Shown: in pieces, positions 1 to 10,193 of the stretch | Layout of the letters: every line of letters starts with the position of its first letter | Numbering within the stretch: the stretch's first letter is position 1 | DNA from: Verrucomicrobiales bacterium | GTDB lineage: Bacteria; Verrucomicrobiota; Verrucomicrobiia; Limisphaerales; UBA9464 | Reading direction: 5' to 3' | DNA: 64,000 nucleotides | Assembly: GCA_016793645.1 (NCBI GenBank) | Contig: JAEUHD010000212.1 | Coordinates: forward strand, 37-64,036 | Program-made: the position numbers and the translations under genes | The notes under the pieces: generated by a model | The model's input: the letters and a program-made list of their open reading frames with translations, nothing else | Database searches by the model: none | Told to the model about the DNA's origin: nothing

Positions 1-3000
1 TCAGCTCCAGGAGGCTCCCTTCATCCACCCCGGGCCGGCCCACCTCCGCAAACACGGGCGCCTGGTTCCCTCCCGAATCGATCTCCACCCGGACATAATC
101 AAAGGCAACCCAATAGGAAACCCCCGGGTTGGAGGGGCCGGTTCGGACAAACTCGATGGAGTTTCCGCCGGGCAGGGCTCCGACATCCGCCACCGAAAAC
201 TCGGCCGTCATCACGGTCGGCGAGGAAAACACCATGGACTTCACGGGAGTGACCTCGCCGGCCCCGTTCCGGAAGCGGAAGGCCACTTCGTGCTCGGCGA
301 ATCCAGGAACCGGTTGGCCCCCGATCAAGGATCCCGCATTCGAAAACTCCGCCACCACCCGGATCCAGGTTCCCAGGCTGCCCTGGGCCTCGGTGAGGCG
401 GAAATTCAGGCGATTGGTCAGGTCGCCGAGGGTCAGGGCGCGCTCCCACGACGCGGGAGGCTCATCATTCGGGACGACCAACCGATCCGACAGGCCGTTG
501 AACCCACGCGCGAATATTCCCCGGACATAAAAGTCATCATCCACCCCCGGATTGTTCGCCCCGTCGTACAGAGGATCGCCCGGCAATCGTGTCACGAATC
601 CGGGGGGGGGATCATTCCGGTTGTTCTGAATCTGAAATTCCCGCAGAGGATTGTACGGCTGCGTCGCCGGATCATCGTCCACCCCCACCTGGATGACGGA
701 ACGCTCCTCAACCGGCCAGGCCACCACCGTGAACTGATTCGTGACGCTCAAGGGGGGCACTCCGTCGTCCGATACCCGAACCAGCACGAGGTTCGTGGAC
801 GGGACCTGGTCCGCGGCGGGCTTCCACGTGACACCACCCGAGGCACTCACCGTCAGGCCGTCGGGTCCGGACACCAGGTCATAGGTGAGCGTATTCGCGG
901 GCCGATCCAGATCGGATCCCGACAGGAAAAGCCCCAGGGGCACCAGGGCGTCCACCACCTGTTCCGCCACAGGCCCCAGCAAGGGCGCACTGTTCACCTC
1001 GTTGACCGTCACCGAAATCTGGTTGGTGGCGCTGAGGGGAGGATTCCCGTCGTCCGTCACCCGGACAACGACGTTGGTCACCATGGGTCCCTGTTCCTCC
1101 GTCGGCGTCCATTCCAGGACACCAGCCTCCGTCACCCGCATGCCCGGCGGCCCCGAAAGAATCGCGTAAATCAGCCCGTTGGCAGGCACGTCCCCGTCGA
1201 CAACCTGAAGCGGGATTCTCAGGAGCGCCAACTCATCCGCGGTCACCGGATCCACCGGACGGAACGCCGGGGCCGAATTGCCCTCGCGGACGACCACGGT
1301 GAATTCGTTGGTCACCGACAGGGACGGGTCGCCGTCATCAGACAGTCGGACGACCACCGCATTGGTGGACGGCCCCTGTTCCTCCGTGGGCGTCCAGGCC
1401 ACCGACCCCGCGGGGGAAATCGTCAACCCCGCCGGCCCGCGAACCAAACCAAACGTGAGACGGTTGGTGGGCGAGTCGGCGTCGGAGCCGGTGAGGACCA
1501 GCGCCAGCGCCTCCAGTTCATTGACCGTCTGGACCGGCACCGGATCCAGGACGGGTGGGGCATTCACTTCGCGGACCACCACCCTGAACTCGTTTGTGGC
1601 ACTCAGGGGAGGCACCCCCCCGTCCGAGACCCGCACCTGAACCGTGTTCGTGGACGGCCCCTGCGTCTCATCCGGCGTCCAGACCACCAATCCGGAGGCA
1701 CTCACGGTCATTCCCTCCGGAACACTGACCGCGGCATACGTCATCACGTTCGGAGGAATGTCGCCATCCTCCACGGACAACTGGACCGAAAACGTCGCCA
1801 ATTCGTTGATGGTGACGGGCGCCTGGGCCACGAACACCGGTGCGGTGTTCACCTCGGTCACGACGACCGTGAATCCGTTGGTGGCACTCAGGTTCGGAAT
1901 CCCGTTGTCCCTCACCTGGACCAGGACCGCATTGGTCGAGGGCCCCTGCTCTTCGGACGGTTTCCAGGCGAGGACTCCCTCCGGACTTACCGTCATCCCC
2001 GGGGGCCCGCTGACGAGGGAGTATTCGAGGGAATTGGGAGGGAAATCCGCGTCGTCACCGCCCAGGTTGAGGGCGAAGGACACCTTCTCCGGCAGGGTCT
2101 GATTTGCGACCGGCACCAGGGAGGGCGCAACATTGACCTCCCCAACCGACACGGTGAACACGTTGGTAACGCTCAGGGGCGGAACCCCGTCATCCGTGAC
2201 CCGTACGGACACCACGGAGGAGGATGGCCCCTGGATTTCCCCCGGGGTCCAAGCGAGCAGGCCGTCCTCCGACACGCCCAGACCCTCCGGACCGCTGATC
2301 AGCGAATAGGTCAACCGATTCCCCGGAAGGTCCGGATCGCTGGCGGAGAACTGGAGACTCCACGGGACCCGTTCCAAAATCGACGGGGTTCCAACACCTG
2401 GAAATTGGGGCGGTCGATTGACCTCACGGACTACCAGGAGGAATTGATTGGTGGTGCTCAGACGCGGAAGGCCGTTGTCACTCACCGAAATCGTCACGGT
2501 GTTGGTTCCGGGACCGTCCGCTTCCCCTGGAGTCCACGTCAACACGGCGGTCCCCAACCCCGTCCCCGTCAGGTTCATTCCCGCGGGACCACCCACCAGG
2601 GCGAAGGTCAGGGTGTTGGCCGGAACATCGACATCCGTCGCACTGACGATCAACTGCCATCCCACCCCTTCATCCGTCTGCTGCAGGCCGATGGGCGCCA
2701 AGATGGGTGGCGTATTGGCGGGTGCGGCCTGGGAAAGGATGGCGACTCCCCCGGCTCCATCCGCCACATAGGCCAGTCCCGAGACCACCTGAAATCCCAA
2801 GGCGTTGCCCCGTGTGTTCACCAGCGACGTCCTCCCCACATTGGACGCGTCCTGCACGTTGAATGAACCCATTCCAGCCGTGTCTTCGGCGACCAGCGCC
2901 GTCGACGACTGGACCTCAATCGCCCGGGCGGTTCCCGCCGTCGCCACCGTGGCCACCCGGGTGATCGAGGTGGGACTGGTGACATCGAGGATCTGAATGC

Positions 3001-4600
3001 CTCCATCGAGTGTCGCGAGGTAGGCCAGGCTTCCCACGATGGAAATCCCGCTGACGTCCGATCCGGTCCGGAACCCTCCCAGATACGCCGGCGCGGCAAC
3101 ATTCGCGAGATTCAGGATCTGGAACGCGGGTCGGGCCACCGAATCCCGGATTCCGACATACGCCTGGGAACCCACCACCTTGACCCGGAACGCATCCCCA
3201 TCGGTGGCATAGCCCCCGAGTCGAACGGGCGACGCGGGCGCGGAGACATCCAGGATCTCCACTCCCGTCCCGTGGGCAACATGAAGGCGGGTTCCCACCA
3301 ATTCGAGGTCGATGACCTGGCTGATGGCAGCGTATCCCCCCACTCGAACGGGTGCCGCCGCATTCGATACGTCCAGGACCACGATCCCGTCCCGATAATC
3401 CCCCACAAAGGCGACCGCCCCACTGACGACGACGTCCGAAACCGAGGTGCCACTCCCGTACCCGCCCATCGGAGTGGGCGCGCCCGGATTCGAGACATCC
3501 AGAATCACCAGGCCCCCGTTCCAGTCCGCCAGATAGCCCCGGTTGCCGACGATCTGGACCCCCTGGGTTTCGCCGCTGACCGCAAAGCTCGAGAGGCGGC
3601 CCGGAGTCGCCGGGGCCGCGGTGTCAACGATCACAAGACCGGAATGGATATCGGCAACAAAGGCGGTCGATTCGCGGAAGAAAACTCCAAACGCGGCACC
3701 CCGGGTGGCCAAGGTCCCCGCCAGCGCGGGAACCGCCCGGTTCGCCACATTCACCAGGACCAGTCCGGACTCTCCAGCCGCCACGGCCGCAAGGTTCCCC
3801 GAAACCTGGATGTCCTGGGCGACTCCCGGGGTGGCCAGCACCCCCTGGGTCACCGGCGCGGACGGAACCGTGCAGTCCACAATGCGGATCCCCGAGGCGC
3901 CGTCGGCAACGAAGGCCGTCGTCCCCACAATCCGGACGGAATTGGCAAATCCCGGGGTATCCAATCCCCCCAGGCGGACGGGAAGCGCCGGATTGGAAAA
4001 GTCGTAGATCTGAAGGCCTGCGGTTCCCTCGGAGACGTAGGCCCGCGTACCGGCCACCGAAACCTTCCCGGCCCTCCCCAGGGACGGCTGGACACTCCGG
4101 CGTACAGGACTCGCCGGGTTTGATACATCCACAAAATCCAATCCCGAGATCCCGTCGGCCACGCAGGCAATACTCCCGGAAATCGCAACTCCTTCCGCCA
4201 TGCCGTCCGTGTCGAGGCGCCCCACCGCCACGGGATTCGACGGATCCGAGACGTCCGCAATGACGAGGCCATTTTCGGAGTCCGCAACATAGGCCACTGT
4301 TCCCACCACGGCGACGTCCCTGGCAAATCCGGCCGTGTTCAACTGGCCGATCAATTGCGGCCGCGCCGGGTCCGACACGTTGACGATGAAGAGACCCTCG
4401 GTACCACCGGCAACGAAGGCGCGATCTTCAACCACAAAAACCGCCTGGGCCTCCGCACCCCGCAGCACCGCGGGCCACTGACCTAGCAGCGCAGCCTGTG
4501 AAAACGCCAATGGGACGCACCCAATCCACAAACCAATTGCAAGCAAGGCCAGAAGCACCGTGGACCAACGGCGCTGGCCATTTCCAAATGGAAACTCCAT
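1..4600 (-). CDS. Giant secreted LVIVD-repeat beta-propeller / cadherin-like (He_PIG-type Ig) repeat protein; 3' end cut by window edge (>=1533 aa)
   Basis: Absent from the ORF track because it has no stop in the window. The reverse-strand ATG at 4600 gives MEFPFGNGQRRWSTVLLALLAIGLWIGCVPLAFSQA, a signal peptide. Repeated ..G.A.GV.V.G..AYVAD...GL.I.DVS.P..P units (LVIVD-type) follow at about 4450-2760. Then come seven units of about 95 aa (..TWTPTEEQGPSTN..V.V.DDG.P.LS.TN.F.V.V.EVN..). Then comes the DDDFYV..GFNGL..NDEP..WERALTLGD module (705-85) and the start of another cadherin-like unit (NQAPVFAEVGRPGVDEGSLLEL). I hand-translated 4600-3650 and 780-1 without meeting a stop. No minus-strand ORF ending at 4600 is listed, which implies the frame stays open throughout. 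Confidence 0.85.
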   Translation of the reverse strand, partial: MEFPFGNGQRRWSTVLLALLAIGLWIGCVPLAFSQAALLGQWPAVLRGAEAQAVFVVEDRAFVAGGTEGLFIVNVSDPARPQLIGQLNTAGFARDVAVVGTVAYVADSENGLVIADVSDPSNPVAVGRLDTDGMAEGVAISGSIACVADGISGLDFVDVSNPASPVRRSVQPSLGRAGKVSVAGTRAYVSEGTAGLQIYDFSNPALPVRLGGLDTPGFANSVRIVGTTAFVADGASGIRIVDCTVPSAPVTQGVLATPGVAQDIQVSGNLAAVAAGESGLVLVNVANRAVPALAGTLATRGAAFGVFFRESTAFVADIHSGLVIVDTAAPATPGRLSSFAVSGETQGVQIVGNRGYLADWNGGLVILDVSNPGAPTPMGGYGSGTSVSDVVVSGAVAFVGDYRDGIVVLDVSNAAAPVRVGGYAAISQVIDLELVGTRLHVAHGTGVEILDVSAPASPVRLGGYATDGDAFRVKVVGSQAYVGIRDSVARPAFQILNLANVAAPAYLGGFRTGSDVSGISIVGSLAYLATLDGGIQILDVTSPTSITRVATVATAGTARAIEVQSSTALVAEDTAGMGSFNVQDASNVGRTSLVNTRGNALGFQVVSGLAYVADGAGGVAILSQAAPANTPPILAPIGLQQTDEGVGWQLIVSATDVDVPANTLTFALVGGPAGMNLTGTGLGTAVLTWTPGEADGPGTNTVTISVSDNGLPRLSTTNQFLLVVREVNRPPQFPGVGTPSILERVPWSLQFSASDPDLPGNRLTYSLISGPEGLGVSEDGLLAWTPGEIQGPSSSVVSVRVTDDGVPPLSVTNVFTVSVGEVNVAPSLVPVANQTLPEKVSFALNLGGDDADFPPNSLEYSLVSGPPGMTVSPEGVLAWKPSEEQGPSTNAVLVQVRDNGIPNLSATNGFTVVVTEVNTAPVFVAQAPVTINELATFSVQLSVEDGDIPPNVMTYAAVSVPEGMTVSASGLVVWTPDETQGPSTNTVQVRVSDGGVPPLSATNEFRVVVREVNAPPVLDPVPVQTVNELEALALVLTGSDADSPTNRLTFGLVRGPAGLTISPAGSVAWTPTEEQGPSTNAVVVRLSDDGDPSLSVTNEFTVVVREGNSAPAFRPVDPVTADELALLRIPLQVVDGDVPANGLIYAILSGPPGMRVTEAGVLEWTPTEEQGPMVTNVVVRVTDDGNPPLSATNQISVTVNEVNSAPLLGPVAEQVVDALVPLGLFLSGSDLDRPANTLTYDLVSGPDGLTVSASGGVTWKPAADQVPSTNLVLVRVSDDGVPPLSVTNQFTVVAWPVEERSVIQVGVDDDPATQPYNPLREFQIQNNRNDPPPGFVTRLPGDPLYDGANNPGVDDDFYVRGIFARGFNGLSDRLVVPNDEPPASWERALTLGDLTNRLNFRLTEAQGSLGTWIRVVAEFSNAGSLIGGQPVPGFAEHEVAFRFRNGAGEVTPVKSMVFSSPTVMTAEFSVADVGALPGGNSIEFVRTGPSNPGVSYWVAFDYVRVEIDSGGNQAPVFAEVGRPGVDEGSLLEL
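710..2700 (-). repeat. Tandem array of 7 cadherin-like Ig domains (coding), period about 283-288 nt
   Basis: The antisense landmark of the QGPST motif (ggacggcccctg-like) recurs on the plus strand near 800, 1083, 1366, 1650, 1935, 2222 and 2510. Confidence 0.8.
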
Positions 4601-4749
4601 CCTGATCTCAGCGGTTTCATCGCACGAAATCATGAGAATTGCAAGTACTTGGGATGATTCGGTGCCGGGGTCTCCGGCGTGACCACCCTCCATCCATTCC
4701 CTTGACGACCCTCGACGACCTTCCGTCCTGTCGATAAAACTCGCCCGCC

Positions 4750-5817
4750 GTGCGAGCTGCCCTCCAAAACATCCGCCGCCTTGTCATCAAATTGGGAACC
4801 GGAGTCCTGACGGATGCCCAAAAGCGTCTGGATCCGCTTCAAGTCACCCAGTTGGTCGCGCAAATTGCCGCCCTTCGGGCAAGGGGTTGCGAGGTGGTGC
4901 TCGTGACGTCAGGAGCCGTCGGAGCCGGGATGGGAGTCCTCGGCTTCGACCGAAGACCGGGAGCCCTTCACGAGCTGCAGGCCTGCGCCGCCGTGGGGCA
5001 AAGCAGGCTGATGGCATTCTATGAGTCCCTCTTCCGACACTACGAACTCTCGATCGCCCAGGTTCTCCTCACGCACGACGACCTCGCCGACCACGCCCGC
5101 CACCTCAATGCCCGGAACACCCTGCTGACCCTGCTGTCCCGCGGCGTGGTTCCCGTCATCAATGAGAACGATGCCGTCTCGGTCACTGAATTGAAGTTTG
5201 GGGACAATGACCGCCTTTCCGCCCTGGTCGCCAGCCTGCTTCCCGCCGACCTGCTGGTGATTCTCACCACGGCCGACGGACTGATCCACAATTTTGGGCG
5301 CCCGAACGCACGGGTCCTGCCGGTCGTGGAACGCATCGACGAATCCATTTCGGGAATGGCCAGTGGCACCACCAGCGCGACCGCAGTGGGGGGGATGACG
5401 ACCAAGATCCAGGCGGCCCGGATTGCCACGCGCTCCGGAATTCCCCTGGTCATCGCGTCCGGCCGCAGGTTCGACGTGCTGGCCCGGATCCTGGGGGGGG
5501 ACGACGAGGGAACATTGTTTCTTCCCTGCGAAAAGCGGTTGCCGGCCCGAAAGCGCTGGATCGCCTTCTTTGACCGGCCCCGCGGGGCACTGGTGGTCGA
5601 CGACGGGGCCCGCCGAGCCCTGGCGACCGACGGAAGGAGTCTCCTCAGCCCGGGCGTCCGCTCCGTAACCGGAACCTTCGGATCTGGGGATGTCGTCAGT
5701 GTCCTCGGTGCGGATCGGGTCGAATTTGCACGAGGCCTCGTCCGGGTTTCCTCCTCGCAACTCCCGTCCACGGTCAGGACCGAGGTCATCCACCGCAACG
5801 ATCTCGTCGTCCTGTAA
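4750..5817 (+). CDS. proB: Glutamate 5-kinase (with C-terminal PUA domain)
   Basis: GTG start. Motifs: LVIKLGTGVLTD, VLVTSGAVGAGMG, NENDAVSVTELKFGDNDRLSALVA, and a PUA-like C-terminus. Confidence 0.95.
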   Translation: MRAALQNIRRLVIKLGTGVLTDAQKRLDPLQVTQLVAQIAALRARGCEVVLVTSGAVGAGMGVLGFDRRPGALHELQACAAVGQSRLMAFYESLFRHYELSIAQVLLTHDDLADHARHLNARNTLLTLLSRGVVPVINENDAVSVTELKFGDNDRLSALVASLLPADLLVILTTADGLIHNFGRPNARVLPVVERIDESISGMASGTTSATAVGGMTTKIQAARIATRSGIPLVIASGRRFDVLARILGGDDEGTLFLPCEKRLPARKRWIAFFDRPRGALVVDDGARRALATDGRSLLSPGVRSVTGTFGSGDVVSVLGADRVEFARGLVRVSSSQLPSTVRTEVIHRNDLVVL

Positions 5818-5890
5818 CCCCCGTCTCCGCTCACCTGTGAAACCCGCCCCCTCACGGCGCCTTCCTCCCATTCGACAACTGCTCGAGATC

Positions 5891-6523
5891 ATGGCGGCCC
5901 TCCGATCTCCGGACGGATGCCCATGGGATCGCGAACAGGACCACCGATCCCTCCGCTGGCATGCGGTGGAGGAGGTGTATGAATTGCTGGACGCCATTGA
6001 GTCGGGAGACGACCACGAACTCTCCGAGGAACTGGGCGACCTCCTCCTTCAGGTCGTCTTCCACGCCCAACTCGCGAACGAACGGGGTGCCTTCAATTTT
6101 GACAACGTCTGCCGGCAGCTCGTAGGGAAGCTCATCCGTCGACACCCCCATGTTTTCGGGAATGTCCGGGTGACGAGCACCGACCAGGTCTGGGCCAACT
6201 GGGAGCGGATCAAGCGCGCTGAGAAAGCCGGCTCCCGACAGGAGCGAAAGTCCGCATTGGACGGCATCCCCTCCCGGTTGCCCTCGCTGATGAAGGCGCA
6301 GAAGCTCGTCAAGAAGGCGACCCAGGCTGGATTGATCCCCGGAAAGTCCCGGCGGACGAAGGGACTCACCCGGACCTCCGCAGCGCGGACCCTGTTTGAA
6401 CTGGCGCGCGAGTGCCAGGAGCGTGGCTGGTCCGCGGAGACTCTGCTCCGGAGTGAAGTTCGACGCCGCGAAACCGCACTCCGCAGGGCCGAACCACCGG
6501 GCCGGACCCACCCCCGAGGCTGA
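5891..6523 (+). CDS. mazG: Nucleoside triphosphate pyrophosphohydrolase MazG
   Basis: MAALRSPDGCPWDREQDHRSL..EEVYELLDAIE..ELGDLLLQVVFHAQLA..RHPHVF. The listed ORF start at 5690 overlaps proB. The true start is the ATG at 5891 or the CTG at 5879. Confidence 0.85.
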   Translation: MAALRSPDGCPWDREQDHRSLRWHAVEEVYELLDAIESGDDHELSEELGDLLLQVVFHAQLANERGAFNFDNVCRQLVGKLIRRHPHVFGNVRVTSTDQVWANWERIKRAEKAGSRQERKSALDGIPSRLPSLMKAQKLVKKATQAGLIPGKSRRTKGLTRTSAARTLFELARECQERGWSAETLLRSEVRRRETALRRAEPPGRTHPRG

Positions 6524-6580
6524 GCCGGACAAATTCCGTTTCTTCGCGACCCGCCCCCGAATAGACTGCCCCCAACAGTC

Positions 6581-7690
6581 ATGGCCGACCCCCGCTACTC
6601 CCGACTCGCCGACCTCCTCATCAACTACTCCTGCGAACTGAGGAAGGGGGAGAAAATCCTGCTGGACCTGGTGGATGCGCCGGACGAGATGGGAGTGGCC
6701 CTGGTGCGGGCGACCCGGGCTGCCGGAGCGGTTCCCATCGTCGAAGTCCGCCACTCCCGATTGATCCGGGAAGCGATGCGGGACACCAACGCAACCCATG
6801 CATCGCTCGTCCGGGATCTGGAACTGGCGCGGATGCGCCGGATGAACGCCTACATCGCCGTTCGTGGAGCCCACAATGCCTCGGAGTCCAGCGACGTTCC
6901 CGGTGACCGGCTCCAGTTGTACTCCCGGATCCTGAGGCCGGTGCTCAACTACCGGGTGAATCGGACCAAATGGTGCGTGCTCCGCTGGCCCACGCCGTCC
7001 ATGGCCCAGGCTGCCAACATGAGCACCGAGGCCTTCGAGGATTTCTATTTTGACGTCTGCACCATGGATTATCGCCGGATGGCGCGCGCGATGGTCCCCC
7101 TCACCCGCCGCATGAGCCGTGCAGACCAGGTGCACCTCAAGGGTCCCGGCACCGACCTGCGGTTCAGCATCAAGGGAATCGGCGCCAAGCCCTGCGAGGG
7201 AACGCGCAACATTCCGGACGGCGAGGTCTTCTCGTGTCCCGTCCGCAACTCCGTGCAGGGAACCATCCAGTTCAACACGCCCACCCTGTACGCCGGCACC
7301 AAGTTCGAAAACATCCGCCTCGAGTTCCGCGACGGCCGGATCGTGAAGGCCACCGGGTCCAACGAGAAAAAGCTGAACGAGATTCTCGATACGGACGCGG
7401 GTGCCCGCTACATCGGTGAATTCAGTCTCGGATTCAATCCGCACATCCTCCATCCGATGTGCGACATTCTTTTCGACGAGAAGATCGCCGGGTCCCTCCA
7501 CTTCACCCCGGGTCAGGCGTATGAGGATTGCGACAACGGGAATCGTTCCGCCGTCCATTGGGACATGGTTCTGATTCAGCGTCCCGAATGCGGGGGCGGC
7601 GAGGTCTGGTTCGACGACGAATGCATCCGCCGCGACGGGCGCTTCCTGCCAAAGGATTTGCGCGGCTTGAACCCCGAGAACCTGAAGTAG
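6581..7690 (+). CDS. Aminopeptidase, peptidase family M29 (AmpS/PepS-like)
   Basis: N-terminal [20 protein letters not shown] and C-terminal FSLGFNP...[17 protein letters not shown]...SAVHWDMV are typical of M29 thermophilic metalloaminopeptidases. Confidence 0.85.
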   Translation: MADPRYSRLADLLINYSCELRKGEKILLDLVDAPDEMGVALVRATRAAGAVPIVEVRHSRLIREAMRDTNATHASLVRDLELARMRRMNAYIAVRGAHNASESSDVPGDRLQLYSRILRPVLNYRVNRTKWCVLRWPTPSMAQAANMSTEAFEDFYFDVCTMDYRRMARAMVPLTRRMSRADQVHLKGPGTDLRFSIKGIGAKPCEGTRNIPDGEVFSCPVRNSVQGTIQFNTPTLYAGTKFENIRLEFRDGRIVKATGSNEKKLNEILDTDAGARYIGEFSLGFNPHILHPMCDILFDEKIAGSLHFTPGQAYEDCDNGNRSAVHWDMVLIQRPECGGGEVWFDDECIRRDGRFLPKDLRGLNPENLK

Positions 7691-7705
7691 CGCACCGGCG
7701 CGACG

Positions 7706-8914
7706 TCAGAGGGAGGCCGGACGGCCAATCCGCCACAGGCGACCGTCGCTCCGGACAAAGAGCGAGTCCGACGCGATGGACGGTGTCCCGATCACCGCCT
7801 GTCCCAGGTCCAGTTCGCTGACCACCGCCCCGTCCGGCTTGGATGGATCGACCACCTGGACCAATCCCTTCTCGTTCACGCAATAGAGCAACCCTCCTGC
7901 GGAAACCGGCGTCGCGCTGAAGGGACCCTTCAGCCGCAACTGCCAAAGACGGGCTCCCTCCTTGGCGTCCCCACACGTCAGGATTCCCCCATCGTTCAGG
8001 GTAAACACGCGGTCGCCGACCACGAGCGGACTTGAAGTCCCCGGACGCAATTGCGCGGATCGCCACACCTGCCGGGGCGCCTGGCCCTCCTTCCCGGGCT
8101 CGAGCACGGTCAACCCCTGCGATGGAACATAAAGACGGCCGCCGCTGACGGTGGTTGAGGGCACGGTGGACGCCCCGTCGTCATAGCTCCAAATCGTCTT
8201 CCCGGTCGACGGCTCCACCGCCGTCACCCCCTTCGAGGACTGAAGGAGCACCTGCGTCCGGCCATCCGATCCCCTCAGGATTCCCGGCGACGTCCAATTG
8301 GAGCGCTTCGGGCGGTCGAGCTTCCACCGGTTGATTCCGGTTCCCGAATCGAGACCGGCGGTGAACGACTCGGCGTCGTTTTCGACCTGCGCAATGACGG
8401 TCCCGTCCGCCACGAGCAGCGAGGAGGACATGCCGAGGGAATTGCTCGCGTTCGGATAATCCCGCCCGAGGCCGCGGAACCAGACCAGGTTCCCGTCGAA
8501 ATCCAGGGCAACGCAATCGTTGGAGGAAAACAGGGCGTAGAGGCGCCTTCCGTCGCTCGCGGGCGAAGGCGTGGCCCCGCTGATCTTCTCATGGGTCATG
8601 GTCCTCCCCGTCGCCCAGAACTGTCGTTCCCACCGTAGGGACCCATCGGAAAGGTTGAAGCAAAGGACATGGAGGCGGTCCTGCTTCGCACCACTGGTGG
8701 CGGTGACGAATATCCGGTCCCCCACAATGACGGGGGAGGAAAGCCCGCGCCCGGGCAGCTCGACCGACCAGGCCACGGACCGTGGGTCCAGGTTCGCCGG
8801 CAGTTTGGCGTCCGCAGCGATCCCATCCCCGAGGGGCCCGCGAAATTGAGGCCAGTCCGCGGCCGCCATGGACAAGACCCCCAACAGCGGGAGGACGAGG
8901 AAACGAAGTTTCAT
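7706..8914 (-). CDS. PQQ-binding-like beta-propeller repeat protein (BamB-like fold), secreted
   Basis: Start reset to MKLRFLVLPLLGVLSMAAADWPQFRGP (cat at 8912-8914), giving a signal peptide. The protein has DWPQFRG plus repeated G.lyv....G.l.al....G...W propeller blades. Confidence 0.8.
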   Translation of the reverse strand: MKLRFLVLPLLGVLSMAAADWPQFRGPLGDGIAADAKLPANLDPRSVAWSVELPGRGLSSPVIVGDRIFVTATSGAKQDRLHVLCFNLSDGSLRWERQFWATGRTMTHEKISGATPSPASDGRRLYALFSSNDCVALDFDGNLVWFRGLGRDYPNASNSLGMSSSLLVADGTVIAQVENDAESFTAGLDSGTGINRWKLDRPKRSNWTSPGILRGSDGRTQVLLQSSKGVTAVEPSTGKTIWSYDDGASTVPSTTVSGGRLYVPSQGLTVLEPGKEGQAPRQVWRSAQLRPGTSSPLVVGDRVFTLNDGGILTCGDAKEGARLWQLRLKGPFSATPVSAGGLLYCVNEKGLVQVVDPSKPDGAVVSELDLGQAVIGTPSIASDSLFVRSDGRLWRIGRPASL

Positions 8915-8933
8915 GGAAGTGGTTGAAGGTTTG

Positions 8934-10064
8934 TCAGCGACTGGAGCGAACCGGCGTCCCCTCCGGATCCGTGATCCGGAGCTGGAACTCCCACTCCTTC
9001 GTCCAGTCTTCCGTCTGTTCATTCTGGCAGCATTTCACCAGGAGCGTGTTCCGGCCGGCCTTGAGTTCCACCGGCAGGCGATATTGGTCCATCTCCATGT
9101 TCCGATGATACTCATCGCGTCCGAAGATAAACCGGCCATTGAGCCAGACCTTCCAGCCGTTCTTGCATCCGAGCCGGATCTGCACGGGACGCGCCCGGTC
9201 CGACCAAACCTCGGTCCACGCATAGGCGGTGACCTCCTTCAGCGGCGAGAGGGGACCATTGAAATCCACCAGGCCGTGGTCGTCCTTGGTTTCAAAATCC
9301 TGCCATTGAACCCTGCCCTTCTTGCCCTCGAATTCCCCGGAGGCTTCGATTCCGGTCTCCGGCGGGAATCCCTGTCCGAATCCCGCGCCCCCGGTGTTGT
9401 CGAAGGGGCCGATGACCTTCCACCGGGTCACCCATCCGAACGCCTCGCGCAAATCGACGGTCTCGCCGAGATCCGTGATCGACTTCGCCAGTCCATCAAT
9501 CTGGTCGGCCTCGCGCGCGAATCCCAGGGCGCGACGATAAGCCTCCACGGCTCCCGCACGATCCCCGCCGGACGCCTTCAGCGCCGCCGCCCGCGCCAGT
9601 TCCGAGACTGCATCGCGGCGGAGCTCCGCTCCGGGATCGTTCTGAAACTCGGGCAGCAGACGCGCCGCGCGGGCCGGGTCTTCCCGCCGAATCAGTTCAT
9701 AGGCCATCCGCCGCGCCCTGGGTTCGTGGGAACGATCCCGGAGAAGGGTCTCCAGGGCATCGAGGGGCAGCGGATGTCCCGCGGCGCCCTCCCGCTGCAC
9801 GATGGCCTCGACCGCGCTCCGAAGCCAGTTGAGCGCATAATCATTGGCCCCGTCCATGGACTCCAACAGCGCGGGAATGGCGTCCGCGTTGGCGGCGGAA
9901 AGCACAAGGACCGCGGCGCCCGCCGCCTCGTTTCCACGCCCCTCGGGCCCCACGGCCCGGACGGCATCCAGGGGTTCCTTCAACGACGCCGGCAGGACGG
10001 CCGCGCCCCAGGACGGAAGGAGAATCAGTCCACTCAACAGCACCATGCTTCGTCCCCAATCCAT
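8934..10064 (-). CDS. Secreted HEAT/ARM-like repeat protein with C-terminal jelly-roll (galactose-binding-like) domain; hypothetical
   Basis: Signal peptide MVLLSGLILLPSWGAA, then a helical repeat region, then a C-terminal beta-rich domain (WKVIGPFDN...GWKVWLNGRFIF). Its stop lies 20 nt upstream of the 8914 start, so it is probably an operon with the propeller gene. Confidence 0.6.
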   Translation of the reverse strand: MDWGRSMVLLSGLILLPSWGAAVLPASLKEPLDAVRAVGPEGRGNEAAGAAVLVLSAANADAIPALLESMDGANDYALNWLRSAVEAIVQREGAAGHPLPLDALETLLRDRSHEPRARRMAYELIRREDPARAARLLPEFQNDPGAELRRDAVSELARAAALKASGGDRAGAVEAYRRALGFAREADQIDGLAKSITDLGETVDLREAFGWVTRWKVIGPFDNTGGAGFGQGFPPETGIEASGEFEGKKGRVQWQDFETKDDHGLVDFNGPLSPLKEVTAYAWTEVWSDRARPVQIRLGCKNGWKVWLNGRFIFGRDEYHRNMEMDQYRLPVELKAGRNTLLVKCCQNEQTEDWTKEWEFQLRITDPEGTPVRSSR

Positions 10065-10193
10065 GATGTCCCCACCCTATCGGGGCCCCGTCCGCGCTCA
10101 AGCCTTCGATCCAAAAGGACGCAACTCCCTGAACGAAGGCTTGTCGAATCACACCAAATGCGAATCGTCCCCCGGTCCCCGCCTTCGTCGTCC

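Noticed and set aside
710-2700. Regular 285-nt periodicity here, and 939-nt periodicity at 57521-60025, considered as possible CRISPR or satellite arrays
   Set aside because: The periods are multiples of 3 or nearly so. The units are diverged at the DNA level and lie inside open reading frames that translate into repeated protein domains. There are no short identical direct repeats with unique spacers.
290-2866. 858-aa plus-strand ORF, the longest listed ORF in the first 4.6 kb
   Set aside because: It has R/G/H/P-rich low-complexity composition and no recognisable motifs. It lies exactly antisense to a minus-strand frame encoding clean cadherin-like and LVIVD repeats. This is a typical high-GC shadow ORF.
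5852-7558. 568-aa minus-strand ORF opposite mazG and the M29 aminopeptidase
   Set aside because: It is an antisense shadow ORF. The same reasoning applies to the minus-strand ORFs 10758..13256, 13623..15773, 21705..23621, 27230..28615, 28165..29988, 45194..46777, 55316..57430, 58529..60469 and 61415..62707. It also applies to the plus-strand ORFs 18053..19084, 33409..35127, 35488..36762, 38707..40395, 41604..42800 and 48542..50116. All lie opposite genes with clear family signatures and are R/G/P/H-rich.
8868-10193. 5' 1.3 kb of the listed 2692-aa ORF 8868..16946
   Set aside because: This part is antisense to two well-supported minus-strand genes and has junk composition. A signal peptide begins at ATG 10194, which I take as the real start.
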